Shown: positions 47,634 through 59,274 of the stretch, piece after piece
Numbering within the stretch: position 1 is the stretch's first letter
Layout of the letters: every line of letters begins with the position of its first letter
NCBI GenBank assembly: GCA_963755995.1
Contig: CAVWLQ010000002.1
Location: 53,028-117,027, forward strand
Length of the DNA stretch: 64,000 nucleotides
Reading direction: 5' to 3'
From: an uncultured Chloroflexia bacterium
Lineage (GTDB): Bacteria; Chloroflexota; Limnocylindria; Limnocylindrales; CSP1-4
Program-made: the position numbers and the translations under genes
The notes under the pieces: generated by a model
Told to the model about the DNA's origin: nothing
Databases searched by the model: none
What the model saw: the letters and a program-made list of their open reading frames with translations, nothing else

Positions 47634-48680
47634 TCACCCGCCGCCGGGCGCTCCGGAGCGAGCCCCGCCCATATCGACGGCGCCGGCCGACCCGGCCGAG
47701 CCGGCCGCCGCAAGGATCCGCTCGATGACGCGCAGGTTGGCGACGGCGTCCTCGATCGGCGTGGGGGTCGGCAGGCCGTCGAGGACGGCCGACGCGAACC
47801 GTTCGCCCTCCACCGCATATGGATCCGCCGTCTCGAAGCGCAGGACCTCCGTGGCGGGCGCCACAGGCGGGTCGCCGCCCGCGGTCAGCCAGATCTCGGT
47901 CGGGCGGTCGGGCGGGATGTTGAACGGGATCGGGATCGTGATCCGGCCGGTCGTGCCGTAGACGTGCACGCGCTGGTCCGGCTCCGCCCGGGTGGAGCAG
48001 GTGAACGTCGCGACCCCATCCCCGAAGCCGAGCAGCGCGCTGGCAACGACGTCGACGCCGGCGTCCGGATCCCGGCGCAGCCACGCCTGGACGTTCTGCG
48101 GCTCCTCGCCGAACAGCATCCGCGACAGGTTGATGCAATAGCAGCCGATGTCGAACAGGGCGCCGCCGCCGACGTCCGCCTGGTTCCGGATGTTCGCCAG
48201 GTCGTCGTTGAAGTACGAGAACCAGCTGTCGATTGCGACCAGCTGCCCGATCCGCCCAGCCGCCACGAGCTCGCGCACGGCGACCCACGATGGGTGGAGG
48301 CGGTACATGAACGCCTCCATCAGGTGGACGCCGGCGGCCCGGCTCGCCTCCGCCATCCGCTCGGCGTCGGCCGCCTTCAGCGCGAGTGGCTTCTCGCACA
48401 GGACGTGCTTGCCCGCCCGCGCGGCCGCGATCGTCCATTCGGCATGCATGTGGTTGGGCAGCGGGATGTAGACCGCGTCCACCTCAGGATCGGCCAGGAG
48501 TGCCTCGTACGAGCCGTGGGCTCGCGGGATCCCCAGCTCGGCGGCCGCCGCCGCAGCACGTCGGTCGTCGCGCGACGCGATCGCCACGATCTCGCAGCGG
48601 GCCGCCTTGCGGAGCCCGGGGATGACCTTGTTCCGGGCGATGTCCGCGGTCGACAGGATCCCCCAGCGGAGTGTGCTCAT
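47634..48680 (-). CDS. Gfo/Idh/MocA oxidoreductase (sugar dehydrogenase-like)
   Basis: WGILSTADIA, YIPLPNHMH, HVLCEKP, EAFMYRLHP, GGGALFDIGCY. Confidence 0.92.
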   Translation of the reverse strand: MSTLRWGILSTADIARNKVIPGLRKAARCEIVAIASRDDRRAAAAAAELGIPRAHGSYEALLADPEVDAVYIPLPNHMHAEWTIAAARAGKHVLCEKPLALKAADAERMAEASRAAGVHLMEAFMYRLHPSWVAVRELVAAGRIGQLVAIDSWFSYFNDDLANIRNQADVGGGALFDIGCYCINLSRMLFGEEPQNVQAWLRRDPDAGVDVVASALLGFGDGVATFTCSTRAEPDQRVHVYGTTGRITIPIPFNIPPDRPTEIWLTAGGDPPVAPATEVLRFETADPYAVEGERFASAVLDGLPTPTPIEDAVANLRVIERILAAAGSAGSAGAVDMGGARSGAPGGG

Positions 48681-48746
48681 GGCGGAACCGTCCCTCGAGC
48701 GCGCATCTTGACACCACGTCCAGCGTGGACCAGTGTGTCACAGACT

Positions 48747-48767
48747 TTTGGAAGAAAGGAACACAAA
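48747..48767. promoter_or_regulatory. Putative ROK/XylR operator, degenerate
   Basis: TTTGGAAG-AAAGG-AACACAAA has the same 8-5-8 geometry as the site before xylA and lies between the divergent genes. Confidence 0.5.
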
Positions 48768-48773
48768 CCGAGC

Positions 48774-50033
48774 GTGTTGAACCGACGGGACGAGCTCGGA
48801 CAGCGCAGCGAGACGGTTCGCCGGGCGAACCTGAGCGTCATCCTGCGCGAGCTGCACACGCGCGGCGCCCTCTCGCGATCGGAGCTCGTGGCACGCACCG
48901 GTCTCACCCGCAGCGCGATCCGCGGCCTCATCGGCGAGCTGGCCGCGAGCGGACTCGTGTCGGAGACGCGGGCCGCGCCGCTCGGGACGCCGGGTCGGCC
49001 GTCGCCGCTCGTCTCGCCGGTCCCCGACGGAGCGACGGTCCTGGCCCTCGACATCGAGGTCGACTCGATCGCGGCGGCGGTCGTCGGGCTCGGTGGCGAG
49101 ATCATCGACGAGATCCGGGTCGACCGGCCGCGCCGGCACTCCTCGGTCAGCCAGGTCGTCGCCGACCTCGGCGAGCTGGCGGACACCCTCCAGCGCGACG
49201 ATCCGTCACCCGATGCGCGGATCGGGATCGGCGTCGCGGTCGTCGGCGTCGTCCGCCGGTCCGACGGGGTCGTGTCGATGGCCCCCAACCTCGGCTGGAT
49301 CGATGTCGGCCTCCGGGACGAGCTCGTCCGCAGGTTCGGTGACGACGTCCCGATCCACGTCGCGAACGAGGCCGACCTGGGTGCCCTCGCGGAAGCACGC
49401 CGCGGGGCCGCAGTCGGGGCCGACCACATCCTGTACCTGTCGGGCGAGGTCGGCGTCGGCGGGGGCATCATCGTCGACGGCGAGCCGTTCATCGGCGCCG
49501 CCGGGTATGGCGGCGAGGTCGGCCACATGCCGGTCAACGCGGCCGGCGGCCTCGCGTGCCGCTGCGGGTCCATCGGCTGCTGGGAGACCGAGGCGGGCTC
49601 GCAGAGCCTCCTCCGGCGAGCGGGCCGGATCCCGACCGGCGGCCGGGACGCGATCGACGAGCTCCTCGCGGAGGCGGAGGCGGGCTCGCCGGTCGCTCTC
49701 GATGCCCTCATGGAGACCGGGCGATGGATCGGGATCGGGCTGGCCGGTCTCGTCAACCTGCTCGATCCGCGGCTCGTCGTCTTCGGTGGGCTGTTCAGCC
49801 GGATCCACCCGTTCGTCGCTCAGATCGTCGAGGCGGAGCTCGATCGTCGGGCCCTCTCGGCGCCTCGACGACTGGTGCGGATCGTCCCATCGAAGCTGGG
49901 CGTCGAGGCGTCGCTGCGCGGCGCCGCTGAGCTCGCGATGGAGCCACTCCTGGCCGATCCGGCCAGGTGGATGCGCCCGCGGGGCGTTGACACGCGATAC
50001 GGCATAGCGGGGCACAGGAGGGTGGTAGCCTAG
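48774..50033 (+). CDS. ROK-family transcriptional repressor (XylR-like)
   Basis: N-terminal HTH LSRSELVARTGLTRS, GRPS; NEADLGALAE, GEVGH, CRCGSIGCWE zinc motif. Confidence 0.92.
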   Translation: MLNRRDELGQRSETVRRANLSVILRELHTRGALSRSELVARTGLTRSAIRGLIGELAASGLVSETRAAPLGTPGRPSPLVSPVPDGATVLALDIEVDSIAAAVVGLGGEIIDEIRVDRPRRHSSVSQVVADLGELADTLQRDDPSPDARIGIGVAVVGVVRRSDGVVSMAPNLGWIDVGLRDELVRRFGDDVPIHVANEADLGALAEARRGAAVGADHILYLSGEVGVGGGIIVDGEPFIGAAGYGGEVGHMPVNAAGGLACRCGSIGCWETEAGSQSLLRRAGRIPTGGRDAIDELLAEAEAGSPVALDALMETGRWIGIGLAGLVNLLDPRLVVFGGLFSRIHPFVAQIVEAELDRRALSAPRRLVRIVPSKLGVEASLRGAAELAMEPLLADPARWMRPRGVDTRYGIAGHRRVVA

Positions 50034-50093
50034 CGCCGACATTCGGACCCTTGTGATTCGATATGGACCCCAGAGGAGGAGGACAGAACAGCG

Positions 50094-51255
50094 ATGATCA
50101 GCAAGAGATTCGGGTCGCTCATGGCCGTGGCCGTGGTCGTCCTGGCGGCGTGCTCGAGCTCGGGCTCGAGTCCCGCGGCGAGCGGCGGGACCGGTGGCTC
50201 GGCCGCTGCGACCGATTGCACGGTCGGCGTCTCGTGGAACAACTTCCAGCAGCCGCGCTGGGCAGCCCATGACAAGCCGAACATCCAGGCGACCGTCGAG
50301 GCCGGCGGCGGCAAGTACATCGACGCCGACGCGAACCTGAGCAACGAGCAGCAGCTGACCGACGTCGACACTCTGATCTCGAAGGGTGCCAAGGTCCTGA
50401 TCCTGCTGGCCCAGGACAACAAGGCCATCCTTCCGGCGCTCCAGAAGGCGAAGGACGCGGGCATCCCCGTCATCGCCTACGACCGCCTGATCGAGGATCC
50501 GAGCATCCTCTACATCACGTTCGACAACGTCCTCGTCGGCCAGAAGGAAGCCGAGGCCATCATCGCCAAGGTGCCGAAGGGCAACTACGTCCTGATCAAG
50601 GGCGACCCGGGCGACCCGAACGCATCCACGTTCCTGCCGCCAGGGCTGGGACCTGGCCGGCCTGAAGGACAAGGTCGCCTCCGGCGACATCAAGATCCTC
50701 AACGGTCCTGACGGGACGTTCACGGACGCCTGGAAGACCGAGAAGGCCCAGACCAACATGGAAGCGATCATCGACAAGGCCGTCGCCGACGGCACCAAGA
50801 TCGACGCGATCCTGGCCGAGAACGACAGCACGGCGCTCGGCGTCGTCGGTGCGCTGACGGCCAAGAACTACGGCTTCCCGCCCCTGAGCGGCCAGGACGG
50901 CGACCCCGCCAACCTGAACAACGTCGCGCTGGGCAAGCAGTACGTGGACGTCTTCAAGAACGCCAACGAGCTGGGCAAGCTCGCCGGCGCGGCCGCGCTG
51001 AAGCTCTGCGCGGACCCGAAGAACCTGGCCCTGACGATCCCGGACGGCCTCGTCGCCCCCGACGTGGCGCCGAAGGACGGGCTCACAGCCAAGGACTTCA
51101 CGACCCCGGGCAAGACCGTGGTCAAGTCGTTCATCCTCCAGCCGACCCCGCTCACCGCGGAGAACCTCCAGGTGGCGATCGACGCGAAGCAGATCACCAA
51201 GGCGGACCTGTGCAAGGGCGTCGACGCGGCGACCGCACCGGCAGCCTGCAAGTAG
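50094..51255 (+). CDS. xylF: Sugar (xylose) ABC transporter substrate-binding lipoprotein, XylF-like, with a +1 indel near 50640
   Basis: AGGAGG RBS; lipobox LAAC; VGVSWNNFQQPRW, VIAYDRLI, ITFDN, AENDSTA, SGQDGD. Split across two ORF-track frames; the span is 3n+1. Confidence 0.82.
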
Positions 51256-51284
51256 CGGTCTCCGACCGCTGACCTAGCAATCCA

Positions 51285-51318
51285 ACCTGCGTCCCCGGGG
51301 CAACCCGGGGACGCAGGT
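51285..51318 (+). terminator. Perfect 15-bp stem with GCAA tetraloop after the binding-protein gene
   Basis: ACCTGCGTCCCCGGG-GCAA-CCCGGGGACGCAGGT; no U-tract, so probably an mRNA stabiliser or attenuating hairpin. Confidence 0.7.
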
Positions 51319-51350
51319 CGATTCGCCCCAAAGACCAGGAGGGGCCCGTC

Positions 51351-52676
51351 GTGGCGAACGTGGCGGACACGGCACCGGTTTCGAGTCAGGCGCAGCCTCC
51401 CGTTCGGACCTCATTGCGCGGTCTGCTGGCGCAGACGGAGATCGATCTCCGGCTGTTCGGCATGCTCCTCGCCCTCGGGCTGATCCTGCTCACGTTCAAC
51501 ATCCTGAGCGGTGGCAAGTTCTTCCAGCCCACCAACATGGTGACGCTGGCGGTCCAGGCGACCGGCGTGGCGATCATCGCCACCGGCATGGTCCTCGTCA
51601 TCGTGTCGCGCAACATCGACCTGTCCGTCGGGTCCCTGGTCGGCTTCATCGCCATGACCTACGCGCTGCTCATGACCGACTGGATGCCGAACATCCTGGG
51701 CATCGGCCCGGACTTTCCCTTCCGCTGGCTCATCGCACTGGCCTTCGGCGTCGTCCTCGGGGCGGGCTTCGGGGCGCTCCAGGGGTTCATCATCGCCTAC
51801 GTCGGCGTGCCCTCGTTCATCGTCACGCTGGGCGGGCTGCTGTCGATCCGCGGAGCCGTCTGGTATCTCTCGAGCGGCGCCGCCGTGTCCGGCCTGGACA
51901 CGAACTTCCAGCTCGTCGGTGGCGGAGCCCAGGGATCCGTGGGCGGACCGCTGACCTGGATCATCGGCGTGGTGGGCTGTGTTGCCATCATCGCGTTGCT
52001 CATCAACGGCCGTCGCCAGAGACGGCGCTACGGATTCCCCGTCCGCCCGGTCTGGGCGGAGGTCCTCCTCGGGGTGGTCGGGTGCGGCTTGGTGCTGGCC
52101 GTGGCCGCGTTCGCCAACGCCAACCTCTGGCCGGAGGGTCTGGCCGAACGCGTCGCCGCGGAGCAGAACCTGGGACCGACGCCCGCCGGCGGCTGGCGGA
52201 TCCCGACCGGCTTCCCGTTCCCGCTCGTCCTGCTCATCGGCGTGACGCTGGCCATGACCTGGCTGGCGACCCGGCGCCGCTTCGGCCGCTATGTCTACGC
52301 CTACGGCGGCAATCCCGATGCGGCCGAGCTGGCCGGCATCAACACACGCTGGACGATCCTCAAGACCTACGCCCTGATGGGCATCCTGTGCGCTCTCGCC
52401 GCCGCCGTCGCCGCGGCACGGCTCAACGGCGCGACGCTCGACGTCGGCCAGAGCTACGAGCTGTACGTCATCGCCGCGGCCGTCGTCGGCGGCACGTCGT
52501 TCGCGGGCGGCATCGGGACCATCCCGGGCGCCGTCCTGGGCGCCTTCGTCCTGCAGTCGCTCGCCTACGGGCTGAGCTTCATGGGCGTCAACTCGCCCGG
52601 CCAGAATGTCGTCGCCGGGATCGTGCTGATCCTGGCCGTGGGCTTCGACTCCTTCAACCGCCGGCGCAGCTCGTGA
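51351..52676 (+). CDS. xylH: Sugar ABC transporter permease, XylH-like
   Basis: AGGAGG RBS; IDLSVGS, PSFIVTLGG, GGNPDAAELAGI, ELYVIAAAVVGGTS. Confidence 0.88.
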   Translation: MANVADTAPVSSQAQPPVRTSLRGLLAQTEIDLRLFGMLLALGLILLTFNILSGGKFFQPTNMVTLAVQATGVAIIATGMVLVIVSRNIDLSVGSLVGFIAMTYALLMTDWMPNILGIGPDFPFRWLIALAFGVVLGAGFGALQGFIIAYVGVPSFIVTLGGLLSIRGAVWYLSSGAAVSGLDTNFQLVGGGAQGSVGGPLTWIIGVVGCVAIIALLINGRRQRRRYGFPVRPVWAEVLLGVVGCGLVLAVAAFANANLWPEGLAERVAAEQNLGPTPAGGWRIPTGFPFPLVLLIGVTLAMTWLATRRRFGRYVYAYGGNPDAAELAGINTRWTILKTYALMGILCALAAAVAAARLNGATLDVGQSYELYVIAAAVVGGTSFAGGIGTIPGAVLGAFVLQSLAYGLSFMGVNSPGQNVVAGIVLILAVGFDSFNRRRSS

Positions 52677-52695
52677 ACGGCAGGAGGATGGCCCA

Positions 52696-53490
<795 letters not shown>

Positions 53491-53517
53491 CGCCGGTCCG
53501 GGCGGGGCGCTCGGGGC

Positions 53518-55002
53518 CTACGGCCCGTCGAACGTGGGGGCGAGCGCCGGGTAGAGCGCCCGGAACCGGGCGTGCGCCGCCCGGTAGGCCTCGACGCCGG
53601 CGCCGGGCTCGGCGACGGGCGTGACCGTGACGATGGCCGTCGTGGCCGTCTCGACGTCGGTGAACCAGCCCGCGCCGACTGCGGCCAGGATCGCCGCCCC
53701 GTAGGCTGCGCCCTCCGTCGTCGACACGGTCGCGATCCCGGTCTCCAGCACGTCCGCCAGGATCGACCGCCACAGCGGGCTGGCGATTCCGCCGCCGGAG
53801 GCCCGGATCCGGCTCGGGCGGGGCAGGCCGGCCGCGAGCATGAGATCGAGACCGTCGCGAAGACCGAAGGCGACGCCCTCGATGACCGCCCGGGTCAGGT
53901 GGCGCCGGTCGTGGCCGATGGTCAGCCCGACGAACGCGCCACGCGCGTACGGGTCCGGGTACGGGCTCCGCTCCCCCGTCAGGTACGGCAGGAAGAACAG
54001 GCCGTCGGTGGCCGCCTCCACGTCGGCGGCGGCCTCCACGAGGGCACCGAACTCGGTCCCCGGGGCCAGCGCGTCGCGGAACCAGCGCAGGCTGCCGGCG
54101 GCCGACAGCATGACCGACATCATGTGCCACCGACCGGGGACGGCGTGACAGAAGGCGTGGACGATGCCCTTTGGCTCGTGGAGCGGGCGGTCCGTCGCGG
54201 CGAAGACGACCCCGGAGGTCCCGAGCGACAGCGCCATCTCCCCGGGTGCCACGACCCCGACCCCGACCGCGTTGGCCGACTGGTCGCCGCCGCCGGCGAC
54301 GACCGGGGTGCCGGGTCGCAACCCCGTGGCGGCGGCGGCGAGCGCCGTGATCGTGCCGGTCACCGCCGGGCCCTCGAACGTGGGCGGCAGCCAGGCGGGC
54401 GGGATCCGGAGCGCGGCCACGACCTCGGGCGACCAGTCGCGCGCGGCGAGGTCGAACAGGATCGTGCCGGACCCGTCGGCCTTGTCCATGACGTGCTCCC
54501 CGGTCAGGCGAAGCCGCAGGTAGTCCTTGGGCAGCAGGACGTGGGCGGCCCGCGACCACACGTCGGGCTCATGGTCGCGGACCCAGACGAGCTTCGGCGC
54601 CGTGAAGCCGGTCAGCGCGTCGTTGCCGGTGATCGCGACGAGCCGTTCGGGGCCGACCGCGGCGCGGATCGCGTCGCACTCGGCAGCGGTCCGCTGGTCG
54701 TTCCACAGGATGGCTGGACGAAGCACCCGGTCGGCGTCGTCGAGCAGGACGAGCCCGTGCATCTGGCCCGTCAGGCCGATGGCCTCGACGTCGTCACCGG
54801 AGGCGCCCGCCGTGGCCAGGACGGACCCGATCGCGGTGACGGCCCCGTCCCACCAGGCCGCCGGATCCTGCTCGCTCCAGAGCGGGTGGGGCGTGCTGAA
54901 ACGGTACTCGGCGGTGCCGACCCCGCGGACGGTACCGGTCTCGTCGACGAGGACGGCCTTGGTGGCCGTCGTCGAGACGTCGATGCCGAGGGTGAGACCC
55001 AC
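53518..55002 (-). CDS. xylB: Xylulokinase
   Basis: [42 protein letters not shown]. Confidence 0.94.
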   Translation of the reverse strand: MGLTLGIDVSTTATKAVLVDETGTVRGVGTAEYRFSTPHPLWSEQDPAAWWDGAVTAIGSVLATAGASGDDVEAIGLTGQMHGLVLLDDADRVLRPAILWNDQRTAAECDAIRAAVGPERLVAITGNDALTGFTAPKLVWVRDHEPDVWSRAAHVLLPKDYLRLRLTGEHVMDKADGSGTILFDLAARDWSPEVVAALRIPPAWLPPTFEGPAVTGTITALAAAATGLRPGTPVVAGGGDQSANAVGVGVVAPGEMALSLGTSGVVFAATDRPLHEPKGIVHAFCHAVPGRWHMMSVMLSAAGSLRWFRDALAPGTEFGALVEAAADVEAATDGLFFLPYLTGERSPYPDPYARGAFVGLTIGHDRRHLTRAVIEGVAFGLRDGLDLMLAAGLPRPSRIRASGGGIASPLWRSILADVLETGIATVSTTEGAAYGAAILAAVGAGWFTDVETATTAIVTVTPVAEPGAGVEAYRAAHARFRALYPALAPTFDGP

Positions 55003-55004
55003 CC

Positions 55005-56369
55005 TCAGTGGCCGGCGGTCGACTCGACCGGCGCCCCGGCCGCCCTCCAGGTCGACTCGTTGACCACGTTCTCGAGCAGCTCCTGGTGGCCCGACACGGG
55101 CCGCGGATCGATCGCGCCGGACGCGACCTTCCCCTCGAGCGATGCGAGCGTCTCCGAGCCGTCGAGGATCGCGCTGCCGAGCGCGCCGCTCCAGCCCCGG
55201 TAGCGCGCCTCCCGCATCTCCGCGAGACGACCCGTCTCGATCAGGTCCGCCGCGACCAGGAGTGCCTGGGCGAGCGTGTCGAGACCGCCGATGTGAGCGT
55301 GGAACAGGTCGGTCCGGTCCGTGCTCTGGCGGCGCAGCTTGGCATCGAAGTTGAAGCCGCCCGGCGCGATGCCACCGGCGCGGAGGATCTCGTACAGGGG
55401 CAACGCGAGGTCCTCGACCGAGTTCGGGAACTGGTCGGTGTCCCAGCCGTTCTGTGGGTCGCCGCGGTTGGCGTCGATGCTGCCGAGGATCCCGTTGGCG
55501 GCCGCGAACGCGACCTCATGGTGGAAGCTGTGGCCGGCCAGCGTCGCGTGGTTGGCCTCGATGTTCACGCGGTACTCGTCCTCGAGCCCGTTGCGGACGA
55601 GGAAGCCGTAGACGGTCGCCACGTCGTAGTCGTACTGGTGCTTGGTCGGCTCCATCGGCTTCGGCTCGATCAGGAGCTGGCCGCCGAACCCGATCCGGTG
55701 CTTGTGCTCCGCGACGAGGTGCAGGAACCGGGCGAGCTGGGCGCCCTCACGCTTGAGGTCCGTGTTCAGGAGCGTGTCGTAGCCCTCGCGGCCGCCCCAC
55801 AGGACATAGTTCTCGCCACCGAGGCGCTGGGTGACCTCGAGCATGTGCTTGACCTGCGCCGCGGCGTAGGCGAAGACCTCGGGATCCGGGTTGGTGGAGG
55901 CGCCCGCCTGGTAGCGCGGATGCGTGAACAGGTTGGCCGTCCCCCACAGCAGCCGGACGCCGGTCCGCTCCTGGTAGCCGGCCGCGTCGTCGCTCAGCGC
56001 ATCGAGGGCGGCCCGGAACTCGGCGAAGCTTCCGGTCTCGGGCGCGACGTCCCGGTCGTGGAAGCAGTAGTACGGGATCCCGATCTTCTCGAAGAACTCG
56101 AAGGCCACGGCCATCTTGGTCCGGGCGCCATCCATCGGGTCCACGGAGCCGTCAAGCCACGGCCGATCCAGCGTCCCGACGCCGAACATGTCCACGCCCG
56201 CCCAGGCGAACGAGTGCCAGAAGCAGACGCCCGGTCGCAGGTGGTCTTCCATGCGCGTGCCGAGGACGAGCCGGTCGGGGTCGTAGACCTTGTAGGAGAG
56301 CGGCTCGGTCGACATCAGGCCGCCGAACCGGATCCGTTCCGGGACCTCGGTGAAGAACGCCTCGGCCAT
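55005..56369 (-). CDS. xylA: Xylose isomerase (class II)
   Basis: [51 protein letters not shown]; GGAGG RBS. Confidence 0.97.
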   Translation of the reverse strand: MAEAFFTEVPERIRFGGLMSTEPLSYKVYDPDRLVLGTRMEDHLRPGVCFWHSFAWAGVDMFGVGTLDRPWLDGSVDPMDGARTKMAVAFEFFEKIGIPYYCFHDRDVAPETGSFAEFRAALDALSDDAAGYQERTGVRLLWGTANLFTHPRYQAGASTNPDPEVFAYAAAQVKHMLEVTQRLGGENYVLWGGREGYDTLLNTDLKREGAQLARFLHLVAEHKHRIGFGGQLLIEPKPMEPTKHQYDYDVATVYGFLVRNGLEDEYRVNIEANHATLAGHSFHHEVAFAAANGILGSIDANRGDPQNGWDTDQFPNSVEDLALPLYEILRAGGIAPGGFNFDAKLRRQSTDRTDLFHAHIGGLDTLAQALLVAADLIETGRLAEMREARYRGWSGALGSAILDGSETLASLEGKVASGAIDPRPVSGHQELLENVVNESTWRAAGAPVESTAGH

Positions 56370-56449
56370 CACCCCAACCTCCCTGTGCCCAGCCCCTGGA
56401 ACGGTCACGCGACGAGCCGCGGCTCCGGTCCCCGAGCGTACCACGCGCA

Positions 56450-56470
56450 TTTGTGCGAGAGGCGCACAAA
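56450..56470. promoter_or_regulatory. Palindromic ROK/XylR-type operator upstream of xylA
   Basis: Perfect dyad TTTGTGCG-N5-CGCACAAA. Confidence 0.65.
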
Positions 56471-56497
56471 CCAGCGATGTCACGCCCGCCGTGCGCC

Positions 56498-57745
56498 TCA
56501 GCCCGTGGATGCGACCCCGGGCCCGTCGTCGTCGGCCGCGGCGATCGGGAACGGCAGCGCGATCGGGTCGGCGGCGAGGCGGCTGCGGCCGTCGGCGTCG
56601 AACCGATCCAGGCCGAGGTCGGTCACGTCGACGACGTCGGTCCGGCCGTGGATCGCGAGGTCGGCCGCCGCGCGGGCGACGCCCGGACCCCACATCATCC
56701 CGTGGCCGCCGGCCGAGGCGACGGTCACGCCCTCGATCGGTGCGCCGTCTGCGTCGAGGGCCGGCCCGAGGATCGGCAGGTGGTCCGGCGTGTAGTCGAT
56801 CGTGGCGACCCAGATCCGGCGCAGGCCGAGGCCGGCGGTCACCGGCACGAGACCGGCCAACCGCGCCCGCATCGCGTCGTGGAAGGCCCAGTCGATCGAG
56901 CGCGCCTCGCCCGGCGCCTCGTCCGGGTCGCTCCAGCCGACGAGCAGGCCGCGCTCCTCGAGCCGCCAGTACAGCCCGGCGCCGATGTCGAAGACCATCG
57001 GCATCCGCTCGACGTCGAAGGCCGGATGGGGCTCGAGCACGCTCACGGTGTGGCGGGCCGCCCCGACCGGGATGCGGACGCCCGCCGCGCGGCCGACGGC
57101 GCGCAGGCTCGGTCCGCCGGTCAGGAGCACGCGCTCGGTCTCGATGGCGCCCCGGTCGGTCTCCACGGCGACGACTCGCCGGCCGCCACTCGTCGCGGTC
57201 GTGCGGAGGCCCGTGAACGTCGTCCGCTCGCGCAGCTCGACCCCCGCCGCCTGCATCGCCAGCGAGTACGCGCGCACGTTCCGGGGCGGGTCGATCGCGC
57301 CGTCGGTCGCGAGGTAGCTCCCGCCGCGGTGGCCGTTCGGGGCCAGCGTGACCGCGGTCTCGGCGGCGGCCGCGGCGTCCAGCCAGGCAACGTCGAGACC
57401 GGCGGCCCGCTGCATCGCGACGCGCTCCCGACCGGCGGCCTCGTCCGCCTCGGTCACGGCGAGGATCAGGTAGCCCAGCTCACGGAAGCCCGAATCCGTG
57501 CCGTAGGTCGCGTGCTGGCCGTTGTAAAAGTCGATGCTCCACCGGCCGAGCGCGACCGTGGCCGGCGTCCCGCCCTGCGCGCGGACCATCCCGGCCGCCC
57601 GCGACGAGGCGCCGCCACCGACCTGGCCGCGGTCCAGGACGACCACACGGCCGGCGCCCGATGCCGCCGCGAAGACCGACGCCCAGCCACCGATCGTGCC
57701 GGCGCCGACGATCACCAGCTCGGCGCGCTCTGCCCGTTCCGCCAC
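56498..57745 (-). CDS. FAD-dependent oxidoreductase (DAO/sarcosine oxidase beta-like)
   Basis: [37 protein letters not shown]. Confidence 0.9.
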   Translation of the reverse strand: MAERAERAELVIVGAGTIGGWASVFAAASGAGRVVVLDRGQVGGGASSRAAGMVRAQGGTPATVALGRWSIDFYNGQHATYGTDSGFRELGYLILAVTEADEAAGRERVAMQRAAGLDVAWLDAAAAAETAVTLAPNGHRGGSYLATDGAIDPPRNVRAYSLAMQAAGVELRERTTFTGLRTTATSGGRRVVAVETDRGAIETERVLLTGGPSLRAVGRAAGVRIPVGAARHTVSVLEPHPAFDVERMPMVFDIGAGLYWRLEERGLLVGWSDPDEAPGEARSIDWAFHDAMRARLAGLVPVTAGLGLRRIWVATIDYTPDHLPILGPALDADGAPIEGVTVASAGGHGMMWGPGVARAAADLAIHGRTDVVDVTDLGLDRFDADGRSRLAADPIALPFPIAAADDDGPGVASTG

Positions 57746-57838
57746 GCTCGTCCTCCGTCGGGGTTCGGTCGCAGGATAGGCGCGCCGCCTCGGCGGCCGA
57801 GGCGCCGTCGCGGCCCGCGACTCCCCCGCTCTCCTCGG

Positions 57839-58519
57839 TCAGCCGTCGAGTGCGGCGGCCTCGACGCAGACCGCGACGACGCCGAGGCGCGCCAGGCGCT
57901 CGAACGTCGAGCGACGCCGCACTGTCCACGCCGCGACGTCGAGACCGGCCGCCCGTGCCAAAGCCATGGAACGCGGATCGATGGATCGCCAATTGACGGC
58001 GACGGCCCGGCACCCGAGCTCGACCGCCAGGGCCACCGTGGGCGTGTCCAGCGCCTGGCTGTTGAGCCAGCGCGGCCACGCCGGTGCCAGGTGCGCGACC
58101 CGCTCCAGGGCGACCGGATCGAACGACGACACGATCGCCGCGGTCAGTCCGGGACCGCGGCCGGCGGCCAGCACCCCGGCGACATCCGGCCCCGGATCGA
58201 CCTTCAGCTCGATGTCGAGAAAGACGCGTCGGCCGACTGCGAGCAGGATGTCGGCCAGGGTCGGGATGCCGACGGCGTCGAGCTCGTCGACCGTGAGGGT
58301 ATCGACCCGGTCCGGCCGGCCGTGCAGCCGCTGGAGCGTCTCGTCGTGGTAGACCACGAGCGCCCCGTCAGACGCCCGGCACACGTCCAGCTCGAGACCA
58401 TCGCAGCCCGGGATCGCGAGCGCGGCGGTGAACGCTCCCAGCGTGTTCTCGGGCGCCCCCCGCCAGTCCCCGCGATGCGCGAGACGCAGCGGTCGAGGCG
58501 ACGTCGCGGATCCGGCCAC
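57839..58519 (-). CDS. Glycerophosphodiester phosphodiesterase family protein
   Basis: AHRG..APENT, ELDV, HDETL.R, IELK, SSFD, WTV; GTG overlaps the upstream TAG. Confidence 0.88.
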   Translation of the reverse strand: MAGSATSPRPLRLAHRGDWRGAPENTLGAFTAALAIPGCDGLELDVCRASDGALVVYHDETLQRLHGRPDRVDTLTVDELDAVGIPTLADILLAVGRRVFLDIELKVDPGPDVAGVLAAGRGPGLTAAIVSSFDPVALERVAHLAPAWPRWLNSQALDTPTVALAVELGCRAVAVNWRSIDPRSMALARAAGLDVAAWTVRRRSTFERLARLGVVAVCVEAAALDG

Positions 58520-59266
58520 TAGCCGATCTCGAGCACGGTCGCGATCCCGAGGTGATCGCTCGGGTACAGCGTCGGGTCCTCGGGGGCCGGGCGATCGAAG
58601 ACCAGCCGGGCCGACTCGACCCGGGCCACGCCGCGGACCCACACGTAGTCGAGGCATTCCGGGTCGCCGTCGGTATCCATGGCGGGCGCCTGGAGCCCGG
58701 ACGGCCAGGTCACGTCCGGATCGGCCCCGTTGGCCTCGGCGAAGGCGGACCGGAACCCGGCCGCGCGGAGGCGCTGCGGGCCCGGTTCCGCGGGATCGGC
58801 GTTGAAGTCGCCCATCAGGATCGTCGCGTCCCCACCGGGTCCGCCGTCCAGCCAGGGCAGGATCGCGGCGATCTGCTCGTCTCGCTCCGCCTCGTCCGGT
58901 GCCGAGGTGATGGAGGTGGGTGACGACGACGAGAACGGACGAACCGCCGGGCAGCGCGACGATCGCCCGATGCGCGGACCTGTTCAGCCCCAGCTCGAGG
59001 CGGTCCGCCTCGGCCGCGGCGAGGGGCTCTCGAATGAGCAGGCTGTTGCCGTACTCCGGGCGGCCGGCCCAACCGCGCACGACGCCGTAGCGGCCCTCCC
59101 CCGCCGCGCCGAGCAAGCGATCCTGCTGCATCGGATAGACGACCTCCTGGAGCCCCAGGAGGTCGGGCTGGAGGGCCGCCATGTCCGCCAGCAGGAGCGG
59201 CAGGCGCTCGAACCAGCGATCGGCCAGGTTGCGGATGTTCAGGGTCGCGACGTGCAGGCGATCCAT
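58519..59266 (-). CDS. Endonuclease/exonuclease/phosphatase (EEP) family protein with a +1 indel near 58900
   Basis: TLNI, GLQEV, THLH; alternate frame GDFNA, LDYVW, SDH; GAGGAG RBS; the span is 3n+1. Confidence 0.85.
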
Positions 59267-59274
59267 CGGACTCC

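Noticed and set aside
50630-50660. Programmed frameshifting or phase variation in xylF and the other shifted genes
   Set aside because: No slippery heptamers or long homopolymers; scattered single indels fit sequencing error better.
57839-59266. Apparent EEP-GDPD fusion
   Set aside because: The EEP catalytic C-terminal half (GDFN, DY, SDH) lies in another frame and ends in TAG overlapping the GDPD start, so this is an indel artefact.
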